Translations under genes and position numbers: made by a program
The notes under the pieces: model-generated
Told to the model about the DNA's origin: nothing
The model's input: only the letters and a program-made list of their open reading frames with translations
Database searches by the model: none
Shown: in pieces, positions 1 through 6,762 of the stretch
Numbering within the stretch: position 1 is the first letter of the stretch
Layout: each line of letters opens with the position of its first letter
Assembly: GCA_023136245.1 (NCBI GenBank)
Contig: JAGLRO010000139.1
Coordinates: 1-15,306 of the forward strand
Length of the DNA: 15,306 nucleotides
Direction: 5' to 3'
Origin: Candidatus Heimdallarchaeota archaeon
Lineage (GTDB): Archaea > Asgardarchaeota > Heimdallarchaeia > Heimdallarchaeales > Heimdallarchaeaceae

Positions 1-779
1 ATGCTCTAACAAGTGTTAACGAAAATTTAGACTACATTTCATCAAAAGACATTATTTTTGACATAAGAGCTGTGAAAACACAAAAGGAAAGAGAGAATCA
101 CAAAAGAGCTGCAAAATTAGCAGAAGAACTTATGGAAGAAAAAATAGAGCCAATTATTAAACCAGGAATGACAGAAAAGGAACTTGCAGCAATAATCGGG
201 TTTGAATGTAATAAGAGAGGAGGTGTTGCATTTGAAGCGATAGTAGCTTCTGGACCTCATGCAGCTATACCTCATCATAAACCAGGAGAAACAAAGATAC
301 AAGAAAATCAAGTTCTTCTAATTGATTACGGTGTAACTTACAATTGGGCACAATCTGATATTACCCACACCTATTGGATTGGAAGAAATCCACCAGAAGA
401 AGTTTCAAGAGTTTATGAAGCCGTTGATCATGCAAAAGAAGCTGCATATTCAAAAATAAAAGCAGGAGTTTTGGCTTCAGAGGTTGAACAAGCAGTTAGA
501 GATACATTTGAAGAATTTGGTTATGATCACGAAAAGTTATACATACACTCAACTGGACATCCTATAGGTATAGAAACTCATGACGTAGGAAATGGTATAA
601 GAAAGGGAACGCCAGAGATTCCTGCAAAACCACTATTGGAAAATTCAGTACTAACTGTTGAACCAGGATTGTATTTCTCAGGTAAATTTGGTGTCCGATT
701 AGAGGATGATTGTATAGTAACAAAAGAAGGTTCAATAAGACTATCAAATACACCAAAACAGATGAAGTGCTTATTGTAA
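1..779 (+). CDS. M24B family Xaa-Pro aminopeptidase/prolidase, 5'-partial (enters from upstream of the window)
   Basis: The frame of the 72..779 ORF stays open back to base 3 (ALTSVNENLDYISSKDIIFDIRAVKTQKE...). The GTG at 72 is therefore internal. All five pita-bread metal ligands are readable: D in LLIDYG, D in QSDITH, H in STGHPIG, E in LTVEPGLY, E in VRLEDD. Confidence 0.85.
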   Translation, partial: ALTSVNENLDYISSKDIIFDIRAVKTQKERENHKRAAKLAEELMEEKIEPIIKPGMTEKELAAIIGFECNKRGGVAFEAIVASGPHAAIPHHKPGETKIQENQVLLIDYGVTYNWAQSDITHTYWIGRNPPEEVSRVYEAVDHAKEAAYSKIKAGVLASEVEQAVRDTFEEFGYDHEKLYIHSTGHPIGIETHDVGNGIRKGTPEIPAKPLLENSVLTVEPGLYFSGKFGVRLEDDCIVTKEGSIRLSNTPKQMKCLL

Positions 780-1017
780 AAATATTAATTTGTTTCAATA
801 GGTGTCAAACAAATTAAACAATTCTTTACATCAAGAAGGATTTCAGCACCACATTTAGCATAGAAATTTCGATCTCTAACTTGTGTTTCCTGATTAGCTG
901 TAATAATCTGTTTTCGCTTTTCTCAAGAAATTCATTATCTACGTAATACCAGCGTGTGATTACGATATTATTTCGTTTTAAGGTAACTTTTGAGTTTATT
1001 TGATAAAGGTGAAATGA

Positions 1018-1632
1018 TTGTCTTGGAGATTGTGGTTAAAATCAAAACCAAAATCAATTAACTTAGGATTCTATGGTGAAGTGAATGCAGGTAAAACAAC
1101 ACTAGCCAACAAAATAGGAATGGATTGGGCAGGAGAAGAAGTAGGTGTAGTAAGTGAAATTCCTCATGAAACAAGGATGATTCAAAAATTAGAAAAAGTA
1201 AATTTTTCGTCAAAAAACACAAAATTAGATTTAACTCTCATTGATATGCCAGGAATAGCATCTTCAATTAATCCGAAGGATTTCATGAGACATGGACTCT
1301 CAGCTAGCGAAGCAATGCAAAGAGCAAAGGAGGCGACACGTGGAATTGTAGATGCAATAAAGTTTCTCGAAAATGTAGACGTAGCTCTAGTCATTATTGA
1401 TGCTGCAAAATCACCATTTGATCAGGTAAACTTTACGATAATTGGGAATCTAGAGCATCAAAAGAAACCTTTCATTTTAGTACCAAATAAAATCGACTTA
1501 CCAGATGCGGATGTCAGAGTGGTAAGAGATGCATTCGAAGACTATATAGTTGTACCAGTTTCAGCACTACAAGGAGATGGGATAGAAACGCTATATAACA
1601 CAATAGCTCAAATGGCAAGGAAGGTGAAATGA
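1018..1632 (+). CDS. P-loop GTPase (HSR1/MMR1-EngB-like layout), archaeal type paired with DUF2073
   Basis: TTG start lies 5 nt after GGTGA (1008-1012). Motifs: G1 GEVNAGKT (aa 20-27), G3 DMPG (76-79), G4 NKID (157-160), G5 SAL (182-184). Confidence 0.8.
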   Translation: MSWRLWLKSKPKSINLGFYGEVNAGKTTLANKIGMDWAGEEVGVVSEIPHETRMIQKLEKVNFSSKNTKLDLTLIDMPGIASSINPKDFMRHGLSASEAMQRAKEATRGIVDAIKFLENVDVALVIIDAAKSPFDQVNFTIIGNLEHQKKPFILVPNKIDLPDADVRVVRDAFEDYIVVPVSALQGDGIETLYNTIAQMARKVK

Positions 1633-1634
1633 AA

Positions 1635-1985
1635 ATGAAGTACAGAGTAGATTTCATACCCTATAATGAAACACATGATCTTTCATCAGATGAAAAAGTG
1701 AGATACATATTATCTAAAGTTATGAGGAATACAATACTAATTCTAGAATCAGGTCTTACCCATACTGAAGAACTAACTCTTATTCAACGAACAATGGGAG
1801 AAATTGATTACAAAGACTTCATAGGTATCAAATTGTTCTCATTTGAAGGTGGAGACGATTTCAAATGGTCTAAACTATTTGGAAAGGGAAATAAAAACAA
1901 AAGTTTCACAATTGTAGCTCCAAATGAAGCTGTTTCAGTTATAAAAGATAGAAGAGGTATCTTATCCATAAGAATAAGTGGATAA
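1635..1985 (+). CDS. DUF2073-like conserved archaeal protein, partner of the upstream GTPase
   Basis: The track start ATG at 1629 overlaps the GTPase stop (ATGA, 1629-1632). GGTGA at 1623-1627 is only 1 nt from that ATG but 7 nt from the in-frame ATG at 1635, so 1635 is preferred. The core ILILESGLTHTEELTLIQRTMGEI..F.GIK matches my recollection of the DUF2073 family. This was not verified by search. Confidence 0.6.
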   Translation: MKYRVDFIPYNETHDLSSDEKVRYILSKVMRNTILILESGLTHTEELTLIQRTMGEIDYKDFIGIKLFSFEGGDDFKWSKLFGKGNKNKSFTIVAPNEAVSVIKDRRGILSIRISG

Positions 1986-1991
1986 TTTGAT

Positions 1992-2501
1992 TTATTTATC
2001 CACTACCGTTTTCAATTCCATTAAAATTTGTTTGAAGGTATCCTCAACTGAATTATCGTTTTGAATAACGCTTACTCTTTCAGGTCCATACAACTCTAAC
2101 ATTTCAGTAAGTAAAACCTCCATTATTTCAGCCTCAACATTTTCATCTATTTTGGATTCTGAATAATCCCTTTCCTCCAATCTTTCACGTAAATGCCTTA
2201 TCGAACATCTGAGAACAATACAATGTAACACATATTCAGGCTGGAGTGTTACAACGTGTCCATCAATTACTAAGGGAAAAGAGGAAATATTTTTTTCCAA
2301 TAATTCGATCAATTTGCTGTTTAGTAATTCATCATTCACAACATAGCTATCACTCACTTCATCGAAATACTCGTAGAGCCCATCATCTTTAACTAGTCTA
2401 CCTACTTCGACAAATGGGAATCCTTCACCGTGTAGCAACTTTGAGATTACTGTCTTACCAGTTCCAGGTGTCCCTGTTATAAGAATAGCTTTTTTCATCA
2501 C
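1992..2501 (-). CDS. fap7: Fap7/AK6-type adenylate kinase (small-subunit rRNA maturation NTPase)
   Basis: N-terminal P-loop ITGTPGTGKT. VIDGH, IVLRC..R.L.ERLEERDYSESKIDENVEAEI and the about 170 aa length match archaeal Fap7. It converges on the DUF2073 gene with a 6-nt gap. Confidence 0.8.
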   Translation of the reverse strand: MMKKAILITGTPGTGKTVISKLLHGEGFPFVEVGRLVKDDGLYEYFDEVSDSYVVNDELLNSKLIELLEKNISSFPLVIDGHVVTLQPEYVLHCIVLRCSIRHLRERLEERDYSESKIDENVEAEIMEVLLTEMLELYGPERVSVIQNDNSVEDTFKQILMELKTVVDK

Positions 2502-2574
2502 AAGAATTTCAAATCCAGAATTAAAAGCATTTGTATAAGGTGAAGTTGGAATTTTCCTATTTTTCTTATTTTTC

Positions 2575-2589
2575 GGAATATTTATATAT
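2575..2589 (+). promoter_or_regulatory. BRE/TATA-like promoter of the AbrB-arsM operon
   Basis: GGAATA followed by TTTATATA (2581-2588). The ATG at 2617 lies about 30 nt downstream, which fits a leaderless or very short-leader transcript. The track GTG at 2590 abuts the TATA box and is unlikely to be the start. Confidence 0.4.
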
Positions 2590-2616
2590 GTGAGTAGTTC
2601 AAGTTACTTGAAGATA

Positions 2617-2898
2617 ATGAGTAAAGAAAAAACAGAAGAATTATGCTGTCCTTCTGGTGAAGATGGATTAAGTTGTTGTCACGTTGAAGGAGTGGTTCAT
2701 GTAGATTCTAAGGGTCAAATAGTACTTCCAAAAAGTCTTAGAGATGACATGGGTATTAAGGACAAAGAAAAACTTGTTGTAGTAGGCATGAGAGATAAGG
2801 GTGAGTTAAAAAGTATTTCTTTATTCAAAGCTGATAAAATGGATGACATGGTGAAAACCATGCTCAAACCAACAATGGAAAACATATTCGAAAAATAA
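2617..2898 (+). CDS. SpoVT/AbrB-domain DNA-binding protein with an N-terminal CC-x8-CC cysteine motif
   Basis: VVHVDSKGQIVLPKSLRDDMGIKDKEKLVVV is a typical looped-hinge AbrB/SpoVT core. It is preceded by EELCCPSGEDGLSCCH (Cys codons at 2644-2649 and 2674-2679). An 11-nt gap separates it from arsM. The alternative GTG start at 2590 is disfavoured. Confidence 0.75.
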   Translation: MSKEKTEELCCPSGEDGLSCCHVEGVVHVDSKGQIVLPKSLRDDMGIKDKEKLVVVGMRDKGELKSISLFKADKMDDMVKTMLKPTMENIFEK

Positions 2899-2909
2899 AA
2901 GTGAGAAAT

Positions 2910-3722
2910 ATGGAATCAGAGAAAGTCAAAAAAGTAGTTAGAGACAGATATGGAAAAGTAGCTAAACGAGGTTCTTCCTGTTGTGGACCCGATACTAGTG
3001 CTAAAGATATAAGTAAAGTAATTGGTTATAGTTCTGAAGAATTGGATAGTATTCCAGATGCATCAAATATGGGACTAGGTTGTGGAAATCCAACAGCTAT
3101 TGCTTCACTCAAAAAAGGCGAGGTTGTTCTTGATTTAGGTGCTGGAGGAGGGCTTGATTGTTTTCTTGCTGCTCAAAAAGTAGGTTCTTCTGGAAAAGTG
3201 ATTGGTGTGGACATGACTGCAGACATGATTGATTTGGCAAGAGATAATGCCAAAAAGAACAACTTTGATAATGTCGAATTCAGACTTGGAGAAATTGAAA
3301 ATCTACCTGTTGCAGATAGCACAGTAGATATTGTAATATCCAATTGTGTCATTAATCTATCTCCTGAAAAACAGAGAGTATTCAATGAAGCATTTCGAAT
3401 TTTAAAACCAGGAGGAAGGATTGCAATATCAGACTTAGTTCTTCTCCGATCACTTCCAGAATCGATAGTAAAAAATGAAGCATATCTAGCTGGATGTATT
3501 GCAGGAGCGGAATTAAGACATAAATATATCGAGTATATTAAAAATGCAGGTTTCACTGAAATCGAAGTAACAGACAAATCTGGATATCCAATTGAAATAC
3601 TAACAGTAGAAGAAACTCTAGAAGGCACACTCTTCGAAGACTTGAAGAATTCTGAGGAGGAAATGAAAATTATAAACAAATCAATTCAAAGCATAACTGT
3701 AACTGCTAAAAAAATCGTGTAG
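2910..3722 (+). CDS. arsM: Arsenite S-adenosylmethionine methyltransferase
   Basis: SAM motif I VLDLGAGGGLD is present. The ArsM-typical cysteines are also present: SSCCGP, GLGCGNP, ISNCVINL, LAGCIAGA. The N-terminus KVVRDRYGKVA is typical of ArsM. The ATG at 2910 is preferred over the track GTG at 2901. Confidence 0.85.
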   Translation: MESEKVKKVVRDRYGKVAKRGSSCCGPDTSAKDISKVIGYSSEELDSIPDASNMGLGCGNPTAIASLKKGEVVLDLGAGGGLDCFLAAQKVGSSGKVIGVDMTADMIDLARDNAKKNNFDNVEFRLGEIENLPVADSTVDIVISNCVINLSPEKQRVFNEAFRILKPGGRIAISDLVLLRSLPESIVKNEAYLAGCIAGAELRHKYIEYIKNAGFTEIEVTDKSGYPIEILTVEETLEGTLFEDLKNSEEEMKIINKSIQSITVTAKKIV

Positions 3723-3723
3723 T

Positions 3724-3733
3724 AAAAAAAAAA
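3724..3733 (-). terminator. T10 tract (minus strand) downstream of the PlsY-family gene
   Basis: A10 on the plus strand equals T10 on the minus strand. It lies 26 nt past the minus-strand stop at 3759. Oligo-T tracts are the usual archaeal termination signal. Confidence 0.4.
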
Positions 3734-3758
3734 GAAGAAAGTTCTAAACTTACTTCTA

Positions 3759-4499
3759 TTATTTTAGTGCCTCATCAGAGAGTTTACCTTTACCTCTGAG
3801 AACTTTTAAAATGTTCATTTTTTTTGCTTCACCAGTTCGTATCTTTCTGAAATTATCTGTTTGTCTTGTTACCATAATTATAGCAATTGCAAAAAGAAGT
3901 AAAGCTAAACCGAGATTATGTGGTGCCCAAGGCATAAGTATTGCCGGTGGTATAAAGAGTGCTATGATCCCAACTAACAAAGTGGTTACAATGTAGGTTA
4001 TCGAAGAATATCCGATTATTGTAATCACAAATGGCCATAGAACAGCCCAAAATAGCAATAGTAAAGGATTTGCAAAAATCATAGAACCGATTACAACGGT
4101 AATTCCTCTACCTCCACTAGATAGTAAGTATATTGGCCAATTATGTCCTAGAATACTACCTATACCAGCTATTGTAAGGGCAAAACCAGTGAGTAACTGC
4201 ACATCAGTCCAGATGAACATTTGAACAGGTGTATCAATATTTGCAAAGTAAAGGTTTTTTGTGAGAAAATAAGGGACAATAATCGCAATCAATGATCTAG
4301 AAACATCCAATATACCTGCGAAAAACGCCCAGAATTTTGACTTTGTTGCTCGATATACATTTCTTCCACCAACATTTCCTGAACCAATTTTCCTAAGATC
4401 TTCACCTGTTTTTATTTTTGTTATTATCCAACTAAAAGGGATAGATCCAAAAGTGTACGAACTTAAGAATATCAAAATATATACAATAGAATAATGCAT
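3759..4499 (-). CDS. plsY: PlsY-family (acyl-phosphate:glycerol-3-phosphate acyltransferase-like) integral membrane protein
   Basis: The PlsY motif order is preserved: GSIPF, DLRKIGSGNVGGRN (compare GSGNxGxTN), ILDVSRS (compare LDxxKG), LGHNWPIYLLSSGGRGITV (compare GHxFPxF..GGKGVAT). The protein is multi-pass hydrophobic and carries an extra basic C-terminal tail. Confidence 0.7.
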   Translation of the reverse strand: MHYSIVYILIFLSSYTFGSIPFSWIITKIKTGEDLRKIGSGNVGGRNVYRATKSKFWAFFAGILDVSRSLIAIIVPYFLTKNLYFANIDTPVQMFIWTDVQLLTGFALTIAGIGSILGHNWPIYLLSSGGRGITVVIGSMIFANPLLLLFWAVLWPFVITIIGYSSITYIVTTLLVGIIALFIPPAILMPWAPHNLGLALLLFAIAIIMVTRQTDNFRKIRTGEAKKMNILKVLRGKGKLSDEALK

Positions 4500-4576
4500 A
4501 GTTGTTTCCTAATGAGCTTAATTAAAAGATTTATGTGAAATCAGTTTAATATTGATTTTCGCACAAAGTAATCATA

Positions 4577-4584
4577 TTTTTATA
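4577..4584 (+). promoter_or_regulatory. TATA-like box upstream of the phosphohexomutase gene
   Basis: TTTTTATA ends 22 nt before the ATG at 4607 and no SD motif is present. This is consistent with a leaderless mRNA. Confidence 0.35.
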
Positions 4585-4606
4585 CAACAATATCATTCTT
4601 TTTGTA

Positions 4607-5986
4607 ATGAGTCAAAATATATCTCCACATATCTTTCGAGCATATGATATTCGAGGTCTTTATAATGAAGATATTTCTCCACCGATAATGTACCAAATTG
4701 GTGCTGCTTTTGGTACTTTTGTTCGTAGAATCCAAGGAGGGAAGGAAGTTGTTATTGGAAATGACATACGTAATTCAAGTATTCCTCTAGCATATTCACT
4801 GATAGCAGGTATTTTGTCAACAGGTGTAAATGTTACATATGTTGGTACTAGTGCTTTTGGTCAAACGTTGTTCACAGGATGGGAAATGAAAAAAGATTCC
4901 ATAGCTTTTATTACAGCAAGTCATCTTCCACCTGAATGGAATGGCATCAAATTCTATCATTCAGATGGTGTTGGATTTTCTGAAGAAGAATTACTTTCAA
5001 TCAGAGATTTAGCTATAGATAATGACTGCATTACAGTCTCTTGGGAAGATTTAGGTAAAGTAAAATATATTGATTCAAAAGTAAAATACAAAGATTTTTT
5101 TGTCAATAAATTCAGATTTACTAAAAAGATCAAAGTGGCATTAGATTGTGGTGGAGGTAGCACTACTTTATCAGCTCCAGATGTTTTTGAAGCTCTCGGA
5201 CTTGATGTTATCCCAATATTTTGTGATACAGACCCAACTTTCTCAGGACGACCTTCTGATCCAAAACCAAAAAATCTAGGAGAACTTGTAGCTACTGTTA
5301 AGAATCACTCTTGTGATTTTGGAGTAGCGTTTGATGGAGATGGTGATAGAGCTGTAATAGTTGATAATTTGGGAAAAGTGCTTTCAGCAGATGAAACTGG
5401 GATTATTATTGGGAAATATGGATTAAGTAAAAAATCTGGAACTGTTATTGTAAATGTTGAATGTTCTAAAGCGATAGGAGAACAGTTGAGACCCCTTGGT
5501 TACAAGATAAAGCAAATACCAGTAGGACATACTTTTCTTACAATAGAAGCAAAATTAGAAAAATCACCTTTAGGTATTGAATCTAGTGGGCATATAATTA
5601 TCCCAGAGTACTTTTTGTTTGATGATGCACTGGTCACGCCTTTGAAAATTGCAGAAATACTTAATAGAGAGGAAAATACACTGTCAAATTTGGTAGAAAA
5701 GATTCCAACCTATCCTCTGTACAAAGAAGAAATAGATTGTGAAGATCAAATCAAATTTGATGTTGTTGAAGCTTTGAAAATGGAATTATCGAAGGAGCAC
5801 AAGAATCTAAATACCTTGGATGGTGTGAGAGTAAACCTAGAAAATGGTTGGGTATTAATCAGACCTTCAAATACATCCCCTATAATTCGTATGACAATTG
5901 AAGCAGATGATGATGATTCTATACATCAGATTAAAGATGAATTTAAAGGGAAAATAAACAAAATACTTGAAAAAGTGAAAGAGTAA
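4607..5986 (+). CDS. Alpha-D-phosphohexomutase (phosphoglucomutase/phosphomannomutase or phosphoglucosamine mutase type)
   Basis: Phosphoserine loop TASHLPPEWNGIKF, Mg loop FDGDGDR, sugar loop GIESSGH, phosphate loop IRPSNTSPIIR. Confidence 0.9.
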   Translation: MSQNISPHIFRAYDIRGLYNEDISPPIMYQIGAAFGTFVRRIQGGKEVVIGNDIRNSSIPLAYSLIAGILSTGVNVTYVGTSAFGQTLFTGWEMKKDSIAFITASHLPPEWNGIKFYHSDGVGFSEEELLSIRDLAIDNDCITVSWEDLGKVKYIDSKVKYKDFFVNKFRFTKKIKVALDCGGGSTTLSAPDVFEALGLDVIPIFCDTDPTFSGRPSDPKPKNLGELVATVKNHSCDFGVAFDGDGDRAVIVDNLGKVLSADETGIIIGKYGLSKKSGTVIVNVECSKAIGEQLRPLGYKIKQIPVGHTFLTIEAKLEKSPLGIESSGHIIIPEYFLFDDALVTPLKIAEILNREENTLSNLVEKIPTYPLYKEEIDCEDQIKFDVVEALKMELSKEHKNLNTLDGVRVNLENGWVLIRPSNTSPIIRMTIEADDDDSIHQIKDEFKGKINKILEKVKE

Positions 5987-5999
5987 AAAGGTAATTTAT

Positions 6000-6749
6000 A
6001 TGTTATCCCCTCTTCCTGAATTTTATTGTCCATATACTTCTGATTGTTATGAGTGCTGCCTAGATACAGAAATGGCACTCGCAGAAAAGGACATAACAAG
6101 AATAGAGAAATTAGGTTTTGAGATAGATGACTTTTTGAAAGAAAAAGAAGGATTCATGGTATTAGAAAATGTAGATGGGCATTGTTTCTTCCTTGATGAT
6201 AAGCTTTGTAGTATTTATGATAATCGCCCCCAAGGGTGTAGATTTTATCCACTCATTTTCGATCTTGAAATAGATAGTCTAGTAATAGATAATCTCTGTG
6301 TTCATAATGATGATTTTGATCCTAACATCTATAAACCGTTGTTTGATCCAATTAGAACTTTCGTTTATAATTTAATAAGTGAGAAAGAAATCCGAGTTAA
6401 AAAAATGAAAGAAGAAGAAGAACTAGAGCTTAAAGAAACACTTGAAGAACAATTGGAAGAAGACAGCAAAAGCATTGAAGTAGATATTAAGAAACTTGAA
6501 GAAATTTTTGAAGAAACAATAGAAGAAGCAACTAGTGAAGAACTGGAAAAAATTGAGGGAGATTTAGAAGAGGAGATGAGGGAAATTGAGGATGAAATAA
6601 GTGAATTGGAAAAAGGTATTGAAGAAGAATTAAGAGAAATGGAAGATGAAGTAGAGGAATTGAGTGAAGAGATAAGGAAGGAATTTGACTCAATTGAAGA
6701 AGTTCTTGATGAAGCGGAAGAAGAAAAAGAAAAAGAAAAAGAAGAATGA
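6000..6749 (+). CDS. YkgJ/UPF0153-type Cys-cluster (Zn/Fe-chelating) domain protein with a long Glu-rich coiled-coil tail
   Basis: The N-terminal half has CPYTSDCYECC ... HCFFLDDKLCSIYDNRPQGCRFYP (CxxxxxCxxCC ... CxFL..xCxIYxxRPxxCRxYP). The C-terminal roughly 115 aa are about half Glu with heptad-like spacing. The start is 13 nt after the mutase stop. Confidence 0.7.
   Translation: MLSPLPEFYCPYTSDCYECCLDTEMALAEKDITRIEKLGFEIDDFLKEKEGFMVLENVDGHCFFLDDKLCSIYDNRPQGCRFYPLIFDLEIDSLVIDNLCVHNDDFDPNIYKPLFDPIRTFVYNLISEKEIRVKKMKEEEELELKETLEEQLEEDSKSIEVDIKKLEEIFEETIEEATSEELEKIEGDLEEEMREIEDEISELEKGIEEELREMEDEVEELSEEIRKEFDSIEEVLDEAEEEKEKEKEE
6564..6671 (+). repeat. Imperfect in-frame 2 x 54-nt tandem duplication inside the acidic tail
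   Basis: Unit 1 is LEEEMREIEDEISELEKG (6564-6617). Unit 2 is IEEELREMEDEVEELSEE (6618-6671). Nine of 18 residues are identical, with conservative changes elsewhere. Confidence 0.55.
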
Positions 6750-6762
6750 GAATAAGATTACC

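Noticed and set aside
72-74. GTG at 72 as the start of the M24 peptidase.
   Set aside because: The frame is open to the window edge, and the upstream residues (..IFDIRAVKTQKE..) continue the normal M24B linker and catalytic-domain boundary. A 235-aa protein would lack the N-terminal domain.
1018-1632. Possibility that the GTPase is a eukaryote-like Ras/Arf/Rab-family small GTPase (an Asgard signature protein).
   Set aside because: There is no DTAGQE-type switch II. The long insert between G3 and G4 and the overall layout are HSR1/EngB-like, and the DUF2073 pairing points to the pan-archaeal family instead.
3173-3679. 168-aa ORF antisense to arsM, the largest of the antisense ORFs on the track.
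   Set aside because: It lies entirely inside the well-supported arsM frame and has low-complexity Ser/Ile/Phe-rich composition. It has no motif, no SD and no TATA, which is typical of a shadow ORF opposite a coding frame.
2910-3722. Alternative call of this methyltransferase as a generic UbiE/COQ5-type class I SAM methyltransferase.
   Set aside because: The conserved As(III)-binding cysteine pattern (CC near the N-terminus, GCGNP, NCVINL, AGCIAGA) is specific to ArsM/AS3MT-type enzymes.
6400-6749. GAA/GAG-rich stretch considered as a microsatellite or non-coding repeat.
   Set aside because: It is in frame with the YkgJ-domain ORF, keeps heptad-like hydrophobic spacing, and uses mixed codons. 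It is a coding low-complexity tail, not a simple-sequence repeat.
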